The notes beneath the pieces are model-generated. The model worked only from the letters and a program-made list of their open reading frames with translations, was not told where the DNA came from and did no database searches. A program made the translations under genes and the position numbers. DNA of 64,000 nt from Squalus acanthias. Its lineage: Eukaryota. The stretch spans positions 74,464,001 to 74,528,000 of the forward strand of contig CM059432.1 in assembly GCA_030390025.1 (NCBI GenBank), written 5' to 3'. Shown in pieces: positions 11,758-24,919 of this stretch. How positions within the stretch are numbered: the stretch's first letter is position 1; each line of letters starts with the position of its first letter.

Positions 11758-11982
11758 TATGTTTTTTACCTGTTGCTTGAAACAGATGCTGTTACAGCTG
11801 TTGTGTAATCTGTATGGTAATCTTTTAGGTTTAAGGAAGTGAACTAATTTACATTATTTTGCATATTACGCGCACTGTACACCTTTTGAGCTAAATAAAT
11901 AGCTACAGCATAACTTATAATCCTAACAGTTAGTGAGAGTTTACAAATTTACTAGCCAATCTGCCATGGAGTTGCATACAGG

Positions 11983-12168
11983 GGCGGTCATTAAAACTAT
12001 GGACAATGGTGTAAAATGGGCGATATTGCATTGGCCACCTATTATACAGCGTGCCCGTTTTTTCCTTCCATTGACATCAATGGAAAGGAGAATCGGGCAT
12101 GGTGTATAATGGGCAGCTCATTTGATACCGCCAGCTTTACATCATCGCCCATAGTTAAAATTACTGCC
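11983..12168. mobile_element. MITE (Harbinger/Tourist-like)
   Basis: About 40-bp imperfect TIRs GGCGGTCATTAAAACTATGG.. / ..CCATAGTTAAAATTACTGCC; TSD AGG. Confidence 0.7.
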
Positions 12169-12189
12169 AGGGAGTTACGACTAAGTGTA

Positions 12190-12560
12190 GTATTGAGATC
12201 GAGTAGGGCGAGAGGGTGCAGAATAATGGACCAAGGTGAGGAAGGGTGATGGGGAGTGTGAAGAGGTAGCTGGAAGCAGGAGAGGTGAGGGGAGGGTGAG
12301 GGGTTAAATAGACTATCACTGTTCAGTGATGCTGAACCTCGCAAAAGACTGTCAACAGTGTCAGTGTGGGAAAGTTTAGAATCAATAGTCCGGGAACGTA
12401 ATGGGATCTGAGCAAGGGTGGAGGTGATGGAGCATTCTTGATGCAGTGCTGTAATATGTGGTGAGCAAGAGCACATAACAGGTGGGTTTTGTGCGGTGAG
12501 GGGGAGTGAGATATCAAGTTTGGACAATGTAAATAGGTGAAGGAGAATGGGGACATCTAA
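12190..12560 (-). mobile_element. Degenerate LINE (probably L2) fragment
   Basis: Purine-rich + strand typical of antisense L2 ORF2; boundaries approximate. Confidence 0.45.
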
Positions 12561-12574
12561 ATATGGATGACAGA

Positions 12575-12965
12575 AGGTTTTTCTTTTTGCAGAGGGTCAT
12601 TAAACTTTTGAACAAGCTGCTGGCTTGGGCAGTGCAAACATTCAAAAGGGAGCTGCATGAGTTATTGGTTCTGACTGATATTGCAGCGTAAAAAAGGTAG
12701 GTGTCATGTGTCTCATGGTCATTGTGGTCTCCTGGAACTCATTTTGATTGCCTTCGGCGGTCAGAGAGGAATTATCCCAATTTCTTTCCCTGAATTGGTC
12801 TAGCGTTTAAAAAAAAAAATTTTGTGCCTCTCCTAAGAGATTACATGGCTGCTGGTGGGTTGGGAGCTTTGGGAATCATGATGCTCAATTGCACCATGAC
12901 TGTATGGCATAGGCTTGGACCAGCTGGTCTTTTCCTGTCCGTCATTTTGCTATGCTTTTATGTTC
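12575..12965 (+). mobile_element. CR1-like 3' end/UTR fragment
   Basis: FFLQRVIKLLNKL..FKREL-like C-terminus, then GGTCAGAGAGGAATT..CC UTR shared with 21420-21620. Confidence 0.55.
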
Positions 12966-13454
12966 TGCTACAAATTTCATTCTCCATTTCCTTTCCAGTG
13001 TTGGCGGTCTATAATATACTCTTAGTATGTGAACAATCCTTTGCTATTTCTCAGCTCAATCCAAAGGAATTCTGTTTGGACCACTTTTCTGTTTAAATCT
13101 TTATCCTCTAGTGCTATGATAATGTCGCTAATTAATACTGATACACTTCCTCCCCTTCTTTATTCCCTTCTTGAAAGTTTTATACCCAAGTATAGTTAAT
13201 TGCCAATTATGACCCAGCTCCAGCCACACTTTATTTATTGCTGTGATGTCGTGAATTTCTATTTTAATCAATGATTCTAGTTCTCCAATTTAAAATTGGC
13301 TTTTAAAACAGGCACTGATCTAATCGTGTCAATTTCCCACTGGGCAGGCTAGGTTCAAATTACCCCCACAGTCTAATCCTTGTCATTCAAAGTACCTTAA
13401 TTCAAACTTTTAGCACTAAATTTCCACTTTGATGTACTATTTGCATTGCTGTCA

Positions 13455-14051
13455 GTCTTGCCTCAGTGCTAGCACTCTGACCTCTGAGTCATAAGGTCAT
13501 GAGTTCAAGTCCCACTCCAGAGACTTGAGCACATAATCTAGGCTGACACTTCAGTACAATACTGAGGGAGTGCTGCACTGTCGGAGATACTGGCCCCAAA
13601 TTCCCTCAGAACTTGCTCACTCCACTGCTGTAACTGGTAGAAAACCCTGTTCACTTCCGTAAATAGGGTTTCCACCTAAGTTACTGCAACGGAGTGGGAG
13701 CAGCTCTGAGGAAACTGCGAGCTGCTGTTCCATGTGAGATATTAAAACAAGGCCCTATATCCCCTCTCAGGTAGATCTTAAAGGTCTCATGGCAGTATTT
13801 GAAGAAGAGCAGAGGGTTATACCAGTGTCCTGGCAAGCAATTTCCCCTCAACTAACATTTAAAATACAACAGATTATCTGGTCATTTATCCAATTGCTGA
13901 ATTGAGGGATCTTCTGTGCAAATTGTCTACTGCATTTCCCTACATTATAACAATGATTACACTTTAAAAAAAAAGTATTTAATTGGCTGTGAATTGCTTT
14001 TGGGATGTTCTAGTTCATGAAAGGTGCGATATAAATGTAAATTCTTTCTTT
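13455..14051 (+). mobile_element. tRNA-derived Deu-domain SINE with L2-type tail
   Basis: B box GAGTTCAAGTCCC; Deu-like body GAGGGAGTGCTGCACTGTCGGAG..GAGATATTAAAACAAGGCCC; tail AAAGGTGCGATATAAATGTAAATTCTTTC. Confidence 0.8.
13592..13723. mobile_element. Palindromic MITE inserted in the SINE
   Basis: Whole ~130 bp folds back (CCCTCAGAACTTGCTCACTCC..AAACCCTGTT / AATAGGGTTT..GGAGTGGGAGCAGCTCTGAGG) and interrupts the SINE body. Confidence 0.7.
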
Positions 14052-14344
14052 AATTCAAATGATTGTATAATTCTATGTTTAACACAAAAATGGCTTTGGA
14101 TTATCAGGAGTGGACTATATATCTTTTTTGTGGATTTGGATTCCTCTGAATTAGCAATTTTTCTTTTTATTGCCTTCCTCCATCCTGATTTTTTTCTTTT
14201 TTACCATTTGTCCTGTTTAACCTCCAACTTTTCCACCTCCTATATATACCTATAGCTTAATTTCTCTTCCAAGCTGCATATTTTACTCTCTTACTTTTCT
14301 TTCTCCCTAGCAATATTAGTTCAAACCATCTCTTACGGCTCCTT

Positions 14345-14774
14345 CAACCTCCAAATTGTTCAAAATTCTGCTGCAGATGTCCTGTCCAGCACTAAGTCCC
14401 ACTGGCCCATCATCTTCGACCTCGTTGACCTATAGTGGCTATCCGTACGCTAACATCCTTGTCTTCATCTTTAAATCCCTCACTGCCTTGCAGCACCTTA
14501 TCTCCACAATCTCTTCCCGTCATATCTCCCCTTCCAAACACTACATTCCTCTGACTCTGGGCTTCTGTGTATCCCCTTCTAGTTGACCCAACATTGGTGG
14601 CAGAATCTTCAGCCGTCTGGGACTACTCTTTGGAACACTCTTGCTAAACCTTGCTGATTCTCTCCACTTTTAAAAACCTCCTGCAAACCCAACTCTTCAA
14701 CCTAGCCTTTAGTTACCCTTCCTAATCTCTTCCTTCCTAGCCTGGCATTTGTTTTCATTATGCTTATCTATGAA
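14345..14774 (+). mobile_element. L2 3' fragment (continues at 18487-18545)
   Basis: L2 C-terminal and UTR sequence; tail resumes as GTACCTTGGAACGTCTTTATTGTTAAAGGCAATATGTAAATGCAA after the Harbinger. Confidence 0.75.
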
Positions 14775-15059
14775 GGCCTAGAAATTGGATATAGCCACGA
14801 AACGGGCAGTGTTAAGACCCAACAATGTTAAGCTGCACCAGGTCAAAATGGTCTAGGTAGCACGCAAAATTCGTGCTCAGTCCTCATTAACATGCTCATT
14901 GGCTTAATGCTCAACAGGTGGGCCAATATTGGGTCGAGTCTAATTCCCAGTCATGTTTGTCACAGGCTTTATTCAGTATTTAAATGGGAGGGGTGCATTG
15001 ATGCTACAGCAACTCATTGTCATTCCACTCACAACTTCAGCTGGAAGAAGACGGCAGTG

Positions 15060-17100
15060 CAAACCCATAGCGGACCTCAGCACGGGGAGAGCCTGCAGGT
15101 TATCTGACACGGTTCTTGAGTCACTGGTCATGGCTGTGGAGAGGAGGTGGGCTCTCCTCTTCCCACACATTGGCAGGAAGCCCTCACCACACACTCTAGG
15201 AGGCTCTGGCAGGAGATAGCCGCCCATGTCATGGCCAGACTGTGGTCCCAAGGTCGCCCATCCAGTGCCGAAAGAAGTTTAATGACCTCACACGAGTGGT
15301 CATGGTGCGTGAAGGTTTCAGAAAATTCCATATCCTACCATCTGCACCACAAGCCTCATACACTACTCAATTCAACACACCTCCAGGACTCACCTATCAA
15401 CAATCTCTACCTATCACCACTCACACCTCACAATCAGAGCTTCACTTCACCCTCACAACCATACCGCTGCTGCAACACTCACACCCATATCTCACACCTT
15501 GCACACACTGACAGCTATTCAACTATGGCAGGCCCATCACCCAAACACAAATAACACTCACTCACACACTTCTCTTTCTTTTGCAGGCATAATCGGAGGG
15601 AGCAGCGGCAGACAGACAGGCAGGGGGGGGGGGGTGAGGGGCGGGGAAGTGCAGGCTGCCATCCACAACCTCAGCAGCAGGAGGAGAGAGTGCTGGACAT
15701 CATTGGGCGGCGGTTAAAAGAGGCCGTCGCAACGGGCGAGGTTGAAGCCCTTAGGGACTACAACAGTCTGCTCATTCCTAATCCTTCTTCTCACATCCCA
15801 CTTCCCCCTCATCCCACAATCTCTTCTCACTTTCAAGCTGCAGATGCTGTATGCATGCATATCATACTTCCCCCCCACCATCCCCTCACCATAACCCGAC
15901 TCTTGTGCCTTTCTGCTTTCAGATAATCAACAACAAGCACCTGAGCAGTCTTTGCCTGAGGCAATGCACAAGAACGAGGGGGGAGAAGAAGAAGCAGAAG
16001 ACACAGCGTCACTGCATCTGTCACTCGCAGACACCAGCTCAGAAACTGGCACAGCCTGTACTTTAGAGGTTAGTGTAGAAGAGGGGTCTGCACATGGTGA
16101 GGCACCGGGCACGAGTGGACTGCAGCAAGGCCAGGGGGAAAGGGTAGCTCAGGGGCCAGCTGCCCGGAGGGTGAGTTTGCGGGTGAGTTCTGCTGCACAT
16201 GACTCAGATGAGGACATCGATGGGGTGGCCTTCAGAAGAAGAGTGATGGGCATGCACACCGAATTGCTGGGTGCAATGGCAAGCCTGCCAGAGAGCCTCT
16301 CGGCAATGTCAAGGAGCATGGAGGAGTCCGGAACCAACATTGCACGGGGCTTTGCGCAAAGCTTGGAGTCCAGGATTTCCAGGCCCGAAATGATCGAAGA
16401 CTCCCGAAATGACCGTGTCGACCCAGACACGATGGTGCGTGTGATGGGCGATGTCGCGGCTGCCATTGCAGCACAGGCGGAAGCAACCCAACGTCTTAGT
16501 GCTGCAGCGGAAGTGTAGACCGCTCTCATGAAGTCTCAGCTTTGTGCCATCCAAGCTCAGACCACTGTCATGTAGTCACAGCTTGATGTCACCCAAACAC
16601 AGACCGCTCTCATGCAATCTCAGCTTGCTACCGCCCAAGCTCAGACTGTTGCCATCGTGGCTGGGTTTATCACTGCCAACTGGGACTTGCAGGGTATCGC
16701 AGCAGCCAAGCAATCTGTGCTCCAACAGATTGTTAGGAATGCTGAGGCGCCGCCCCGGGGGAGTGGCAGTAGGTCAGTGGAGCAGGACCCTGCTGTCCTC
16801 TCTCAGGATGACAGCATTCCTGTTCCTACCCCTGCCACTCCACTATTGCCATTGCTGCTGCCTGTCAGCCAGCCAGCCCAGACTGCTACCGCCCATGCCA
16901 AGGTGGTGCAGTCTGCAGCCACGCCTTCTAGGGCCAGAGCTGCTCAAAGTCATCTTGCAAGGCCATCTGAAGTCTCCCCATGGAAACTCAGCAGCCTTCC
17001 ACCAGCCATGCTGCAGCCACTGGGGGAGCACTGCGTAGGAGCACTAGGACAGGTAAGGGCACCTGAACAACCGGCACTAAGGGATTGTACAAGGGTAATT
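15060..17100 (+). pseudogene. Spliced Harbinger Myb/SANT protein pseudogene
   Basis: WQEIAAHV..IQCRKKFNDLTRVVM with donor at 15305; acceptors at 15586 and 15922; acidic then coiled-coil region. Start approximate. Confidence 0.75.
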
Positions 17101-17319
17101 AATTCATATCATAAATGTAAATATGTGTGAATTGATTTTGAACAAATTTATTAACTTTGTTTTTAATCTTTGTGGTGGCTCTCATTTCAGATTTGTGCCC
17201 AGGAGGATGCTGTGATATTCCATGACAGAGAGATGGTATGATGGAGGTGTGGTGAGCAACAGTGATCTGGGGTATCATTCATTGGAAGATCTCAGGATTG
17301 TTATACGGTGCCTGCAAAG

Positions 17320-17847
17320 CCATGTGGATGCAGTCATTGGTGCCCTGCATCATAGGGAAGCCACTATCCTGGCAAAGCCACATGCGCCCTTATCCTGCTT
17401 CTCTCTGCTCAGAGAGAAGACAATGCAATCCCTTCTCCTGGTCTAGAGAGCCTCAGTGACCTCCCAGATGCAGCGATGGACGGCGAACTGTGAAATGTTA
17501 GCTATGGCTCCTGCTGCAGACTGGAAGGATCCACTGGCGAAAAGATTGAGGGCCACTGGGAGAGCCGTGGTCACCCTGCTCTCAGGCTGTAGGTCTGGTT
17601 GCAGGAGGTGGCAGAGTTTTGTGACCACCTCCTTGGTGAAGCATAACCTCCTAACACACTGCTCCTTGATTAAGTGAATATAACAGAAGTGCTCTCGGAA
17701 GGCCCTAGGTGGGTAAGGCCTCCTGTTGAGAGCCCTCTTGGTCCTCCTCCTCCTCCCTCTGCGTGCATCTTCTCATCTTCTTCGCTGCCTCCGCTCCCTC
17801 TCCACAAGATACTCGAGCGTAAGGGGGACTGCCAGTAGAGCCCCCAT
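17320..17847 (-). pseudogene. Harbinger transposase 5' half
   Basis: VTKLCHLLQPDLQP..ALNLFASGSFQSAAGAIANISQFAVHRCIWEVTEAL, then GFPMMQGTNDCIH; downstream core deleted. Confidence 0.85.
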
Positions 17848-17966
17848 CACTGTGAGCAAGTGTTGTGAGAAGAAGCCTTTAATAAGAATGAAGGTGTTCT
17901 CCACTTGCCCCAACACTCCCTGTTACCTTAGGACCTTGAAAGAAGTTTATAATGCTGCTGGAGTTT

Positions 17967-18088
17967 ATTTTTATTCGTTTATGGGATGTGGGCGTCGCTG
18001 GCAAGGCCAGCATTTATTGCCCATCCCTAAATGCCCTTGAGAAGGTGGTGGTGAGCCGCCTTCTTGAACCGCTGAAGTCCGTGTGGTG
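17967..18088 (-). mobile_element. 5'-truncated copy of the tRNA-headed LINE tail
   Basis: Reverse complement of 9860-9980. Confidence 0.85.
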
Positions 18089-19634
18089 GATGGGGTTACA
18101 GAAAGTTCCACCGAGCCAGTCAAACTGAACAAACATGTCAGCTGCAAGTAGTTGCTGATGATTCCTTTAAATACTGCTGTTGGAGCCTCCTTCCTGCTTC
18201 TCAATGCTTGCTCAGCTCATCACACTTAAGGCATGCTGGTAAGTTGAATGGCGAACTCCAAACTCACAGATCGGGTGTCAAGTGAACGTTGCATACTCAC
18301 TGACGTCACAATCTGTATCATCTCCATAATTTTAGCGATCGCTGATATTGGCAGTGCTGCCGACCATCCGAAAATGGCGGCCACCGTGGGACCTGCTGGT
18401 AGCTGGCGGAAGAGCGGCGGCCGCCATTTTTCCGCCCAAATCTGGCTATAACGTGTGGTGATAAATCCCCCAATTTCTAGGCTGAAGTACCTTGGAACGT
18501 CTTTATTGTTAAAGGCAATATGTAAATGCAATTTGTTATTGTTAACCTCCCTGTGAGATTGTTGGTTACAGTTCTGTTCAGTTCTGGGCACTCCCATCAG
18601 TACAGCCCAGTCCTACTCCAGAATTGGCTGCAGTGCTCCAGAATTCTGAACCCTTCCCCCATATTGAACTTCAGTTGCTCCTGACCAGCCTAGGTGAAAA
18701 CCTTGTTGTGCTCTCTTTGTTTAATTTTGGCTGCCTCTTCTGAGTCCATAGATTCCCCATGGTTGATGTCATGCATCCTCAGTTTCCCTAAATTGGTGCT
18801 ATTGCTTCGAGACTGTAATTTATGTATACTAGGAGCAGGATGGGTCCCAAATGTTTTAAGAAAAATTAGTTCAAGCTTCTTGGTGGATGTTCTTGCATTC
18901 TTTTGACTATTGCCGCTTATTTATTTACAAAAAGCCAGTTGTATTTCCTTCTGTGTGGAGATAAGATTATGTTTGTTTTGCTTTGAGTTGTGTAGGTTAC
19001 TGTGCCGAAAGCATGACAAGTATCCCTGTGTTTTTGACCCTTCCCACAATCTCACTGAAAATATCAAATATCATTTTGCATTTTCCACGGTAAAATCAAA
19101 GAAAGTTTCCAAAATCCAGCTATGTTTGTAAACCAAATCATGTAAACAACGTTTTAGTATCTAACATTAAAAGAAATATGGGTGAAGATGAGGATGGGAT
19201 TAATTCACTGTGGCCAATAACCTCATGGAAATGAATTTTGATACTTGCCAGCTCTGAGAACATGTCCCCAGAGTGGGGGATGGGCAAGCCATGTGCTCAG
19301 AAACCTGTGTAATGTATGTCTGTACTGACAGGCTGTTAGATCATCCCTATGTTGCAGTTCAGCGTTTAGGTAAAGGACTCTTTAGATTTGCTGTTTACTC
19401 CATTTGGTTAACTTTAAATAGACTATTGTCAATGCAGCATCAAAGATATTGTGGCTGAAGCATGACTAATAGTGGTATTTAAATTAAATATAATTAAAAT
19501 TCAGTTAAAATATACAATTATCCAAATATATAACATTGCTGATAATACTGAGAAGTAATTAGAGAGAGAAAAACAATTTTGGTTTTCAGCTGATGAATTG
19601 ACAGAGCGAGCTTTCTGGTCTTTGTCATCTGAAG

Positions 19635-19718
19635 ATCTACCCCGATTATTACCATACAACACACTGACAGCCATTCGGCGGAAATTGTGTTAACTATCCC
19701 TCCTAAGACTGTAAACAA
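19635..19718 (+). other. Candidate 84-nt frame-preserving host exon
   Basis: Acceptor CTTTCTGGTCTTTGTCATCTGAAG, donor GTAAGG at 19719; phase 2-2 frame STPIITIQHTDSHSAEIVLTIPPKTVN; CpGs retained in AT-rich unique DNA; not recognised. Confidence 0.35.
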
Positions 19719-21419
19719 GTAAGGTCAAATAATCCTATTCTAACTGATTCATATTGAAACCTTAACATACAGGCAACCTGCTGTCATACCAGATTAGGAT
19801 AACAAAATACTACTAGTAGGTCATGGGTCTGTGCCCACCATGGCTTACACGGTGAGGTCCTGATCTTAGCTGGGTCGTCATGGTGGAGGTATTTAGGTTA
19901 GGTGTTATGCCAAAGAAAGAGAAGAAAAGCACAGTGGGTGAGTTGACCGAGGCCACCCTCCAGACCTTCCAACTCATCCTCATGTCAAGGGTGACACCCT
20001 TCTTTCTGAATCGTCACCTACATTTTATAATATACAAACATCTTTCCAGTTACTTGGCTTACTGGCAGATTTTGTATCAAATAAAGTAAATGAAGGGTTG
20101 TAACAACTCAACACTTCTGAGGGGTCTGAAACATCCCCAGCACTTGGCTGAGCCTTCACCTTAATAAACTTTCCCTCAGGTTAGAAGCTCTCTCACATGC
20201 CTCCAAAGAGCCAGTTGTATAGTAGCATTAGCAGAGCACCAGGAGGATACAGCTGATCTGTGGATTGGTCTATAAGACATCAGGTGACTAAAAGATTTTT
20301 TTTGAGAAAAGAATAAAAATGAATTTTAAAAAATGTCAACCTTTGATTCTATTGCTTGTATTAATTCAGAATGAAATGCCTTAGTTCATCCCTTATAATC
20401 AATTACCCTCATTTTCTGTCACTATTTTCTTCAAGAGTAGTTGGCTGATTTGTGGTTTGATATTCAAGGTCACTTCCTAGCATATAGGATTGGACACACG
20501 TGAGTTCTGTCATTCCACTCATTATAGAGTTGTGTCCTGAAGCTCCTGTGGAAGGTCATTAACCTTTTCAGACTATTTTCTCCCAATCCACAATGAATTG
20601 TAACCTTGAATCAGCTTTCTCTTATTTTAAGTTTGAGTTTGTGATTAGTTTGCATAAAACCAAAAGTCTTTCAGATTCCTTTTTCTATTTTGAGTTTCCC
20701 CACTAGAACTACATTGCTAAACATTGCTTTGATGTAAAATTACACTTCCTCCAAGGATTATCAATTTTGTGAGGGTGTAAATAGCACCAAGTCAATGAGG
20801 TAATGAAGGTCAGTGGATAAAACACAGGAAAGCTGCTGCTACAAACTTGCAATGGTTGATTAATGGCTTTCAGTTTTTCTCACTGTACTATCTACATCAA
20901 AGCCTCCACCAGCAACGCCAAGAATGCACAGAGAAGAACGAAGCATAAAAGAACACATACATCATACTGACATACATTAAGCTGTATGAGAAGGAATAAA
21001 AATAGAGACCTCTATTGTATATCTAGTAAAATACAAAAAGCTATGGGCCTTGTGGGTCAGTATTAAGCTTATGCATCATAATTCATTCCATTTTGCATCT
21101 AGTTTAGCAGCTGAGTACATTTCAGACAATACTGTCTAAAGAAATATCCCAGATGGTTTCTATTAATTATCTTCATAATTGAATAGATTAGTTTTATATG
21201 AATATATTATGATGAGGCATCTTCACTCTGTGGAAAACCGGTTGTCTGTTATTGGTTATGAATTATAGCTGATTGTGTAAGTGTGCACTGAGTATGGGTT
21301 TGCAGTGGATTAATTAAGAAACAGGCACTATTTTTGATTCCCAAATAATATAACACAACAAACGACATACACACATTCATGTTTTCACCACCCTGGCCTT
21401 ATGATGTTAAGCAGGGCCA

Positions 21420-21620
21420 GGGTGGTCTTCTGGACTAGTTTTGATCGCCTAAGGGGGTCGGAGAGGAATTTTCCAGATTTTTCCCCCCATAATTGACCTG
21501 GGTTTTTATCTGGTTTTTCACCTCTCGCAGGAGATTACATGGCTCAGGGTGGGGTGGGGAGTGTATATATTGTGATGCAGAAAACATCGCAACTGTATGG
21601 GACAGGCTGGATGGACCTAG
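21420..21620 (+). mobile_element. LINE 3' UTR fragment
   Basis: Homologous to 12725-12930. Confidence 0.5.
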
Positions 21621-24045
21621 GCCTTTGCTGGAATTATAAAGGTGAATTGCTGTGTTTCATTGTGGAATTGGAATTATCAGGGCCTTTGAATCCACAGTGT
21701 ATGCACAAACTAACCCACTTCCACACTAAACTCTTCAATTCCACTAGACCTGCTCACAGTACAGGAAATACTCATCATGCAGCATGCAATACTGTTCCTT
21801 GATTACAAGTCCCCATTGAATAAATTAGGCTGTTGTCTTGATCTTTAATGTAACTCATCAAATTGTACAACAGGTTGTATAAAAAAGATACAGCCCAGGA
21901 GTTATTAGTCTACAGAAAATAAACCACTGAGTGACTCAGCTCTCCACAATTTTGATTATCTTTGGATGTAAATTTTATTTCTATGAACACATCTGCATCA
22001 GAAGAAAATTCAAATAGTTTCCACTTATTCCTGCAATTTATCATCCGCATAGGCTTTATAACACTAACACCTTTACTTGGGATGAAGAACAGAATTTGAA
22101 CAGCTGGGAAAAGAGTGCAGGTAGAAACTCACAAGACAGGTAGTATGGATTAAATAATCAGTTATTTCCAGTCCAGTGGAAGAGTCAATAATCTGGCTGT
22201 CTTTTTTACAATCTCCTTGATAGATGGATTTAGAGGTCCTTCCTGACTTTGCTTCTAGTGTCAGTGGGGAAAGTATATCACTGCCGGATACCCAGGTTGA
22301 ACAATCTGGTGGGTGATATTAACTGTCATCTCTAGGATATGTATATAACAATATTCAAATAACTGCGGAATCAATGTAGTTGAAGAACTGGATATACACT
22401 AAGAATATATCAAGCTCATGCATTGCTGGTAGGTGTTTTTTGCTCAATTTGAATTAAGCTGTTTTTCTTTTGTATTGTTTCCCATGCTTTGTCTTGTACT
22501 ACTTTTAGCATAAACACTCAGACTAGTAATGCAGACTCCTCATTTGCAGCTCTGTAAATTACAAGATGTGTTGAACATAATGTTTAGGTGTCACAGTTTA
22601 TCGCTTCAATACCAAATTACATCTGTTCCAGCTAGAATCAACATCTTGTTCTGCCTATACTTATGGAACTATTTTGGGAATGGACAATCCTATGTTCCTT
22701 GACTGGACATAAAAGGGTGAATTTTCCACTGAGCAATATCCTTACTACTGGCGGGATTTGGGGAAATGCGTTCTAGGATGTAGTGCACGTAGCAGCCCCT
22801 CATGGACCCCACTGAAAATGCTCTCTGCCCATATTTCTATTGGGGTTGTATGTTTGTGACAATCACTGTCACGCCTTTTGAGTAGAAGCCCTCTTAAGCA
22901 TGTGTGCAGCATGTTAATGAAGGCCATGGGTAAAAACTATTGAAAGCATCTGCTAAAAGGTTACCTGCAGCCAATCTGCACCACAGTGTTGGCACTGTTA
23001 GTGGCAGACATTAAGGTACCATGCATCATACAGTACATTGTACTACAATGCTTTTATGAGTGAATCCCTTTGAAGCTGTGAAAATGCCAATACTTCCAAA
23101 TGTAATTTACTGTTGTAATGTATGTCTTATGGGTGTGCATGGTCAGCATTGAAAGAGCTGTAAGGTTATGTGAAGGTATGGAATGGGCCAGCAGTATATG
23201 TGCAGCAGGTTGCCTGACAAAACGTTTTGGCAAGCATACATGGGTCATGTACCGAGTAAATGGAAACGTTGGGCAGGCTGACCTTGACAGATTTATTAAG
23301 GTAAGGTGTGCTATTTTCTTCTGGTCTTGCACACAGCAATGAGTCTGGCTGACACTTCCTATAAGCCATGCTTCTCTGCTATCTTCTGCAGAGGGTGCAA
23401 AGATTAAACTTTGTCTAACCCCTTTTTATACAGCAGTACTTCCGCCTCACCAGATTGAGTGTTGCATCTTTCCAACCCACAAGCCCACATACTGGCCAGA
23501 ATTTTACCGGCGCTAAGACTGTGGGTTTGAAGGCAGGTCTGCTGTCAAAATCACAAAGATTGACAGCGGGTTGGTATCCTGCTGTAAGCCTGCCTCCTTG
23601 TCAGTTTCCCAAGTGTCGGGTCTGTCATTCCTGAACAGACCCGACACCAAGCGGCGGATCAGCCAATTTAGATACTTAAAGGCTTATTAAAAGGTAGTTA
23701 AGAACCATTTTCTCATGCACTTACCATTTTACTAGGTTTTCAATGAGGTTCCCGGAGAGCGGTTATCACATCAGGTAAATATGTCATGTTCTCAATGGCT
23801 GTGGATTGCTGTGAATAAGTGACAGCTGCAAAAGTGGTATAAAACCTACCATTTCACAGCTGTTCACTTCCCAATGTTAGAATCTGTAGCATTAATGATT
23901 TGGAACCCATACTTTTGAGGTTTATGCACTTTTGAAGTGTTTGCAGTAATCTTTCTATGCACTGTCACCTCCTTGGGACAACCTATCTCAACATTGACAG
24001 ATGACTTCTGTCATCTCAACTGCAGTTGCCATATATAACATCACA

Positions 24046-24645
24046 ATGGGCACGATTTATGCTATATCACCTTGGTCCTCCGATTGTGATGACGATCAGC
24101 CGCAGCAGCAGCAGAACCAGTCACAGCAGCAGCAGCAACAACAAGAGCGCCAACCTTCTCCTGAAGCACCTGATGCTGCACATGGCAGGGGGCATCAGCG
24201 CAGGCCTGCACCGTGCCGGAGGCGATACCCACAAAACAGGGTAGACAGGCAGCGGATGAGCTTCATCAACATGATGGAGCACCAGTGCCAAAGGTGGCTC
24301 GGGGATATTATAATCAAAGCCACATCTCCACGAGAAGTGTCATCAAGCAGACAATAGGCTTGCTGAAAATGTGCTTCAGATGCCTGGACATATCTGGAGG
24401 AGCCCTTCAATACTCACCAGCCATGGTCTCCAGATTTGTCGTCGTCTGCTGCGCCCTGCACAACATAGCGCAGCAGTGAGGATTAGCGCTGGATGAAGAA
24501 GATGGCGCACATCGCACATCCTCTGAGGAGGAGGAGCAGCATGACTCTGAAAACGAGGATGAGGAAGACCTGGAGGAGCCGGAGGTGCCATTACGAGCAG
24601 TACGTGACCACATTGCTGCCCTAATCAATGGAACATTTACATAAG
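24046..24645 (+). pseudogene. Harbinger transposase with deleted core
   Basis: MGTIYAISPW..polyQ..MSFINMMEHQCQRWL joined near 24300 to [45 protein letters not shown]. Confidence 0.85.
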
Positions 24646-24919
24646 TTTAAAAGCTCAGAAATGTGTCTGCCACAGGTGTACGCAGGTTGGCATCACCCCA
24701 CACCAACAACATATAGCAGTCCAACAATGACCATGCCGTTATTTTCACTCTCACCACCATTGGTGGATGTGAAAGGAGCCCTGACCATTCACTCTGTCAC
24801 TTCCATTTGAGCACACACATTTGGCAATAACTGCAAATATTGAAAAATATATGGTTTATTACAGCTGCATCATATAATTTCAACATCACATTAATAATGA
24901 AAAACACACCCGTGTGACT

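Larger units (their letters stand above)
14775..18483. mobile_element. PIF/Harbinger transposon (family 2), transposase-deleted
   Basis: TIRs GGCCTAGAAATTGG / CCAATTTCTAGGCT; TSD GAA; removing it restores the L2 tail; convergent Myb (+) and transposase (-) remnants. Confidence 0.9.
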
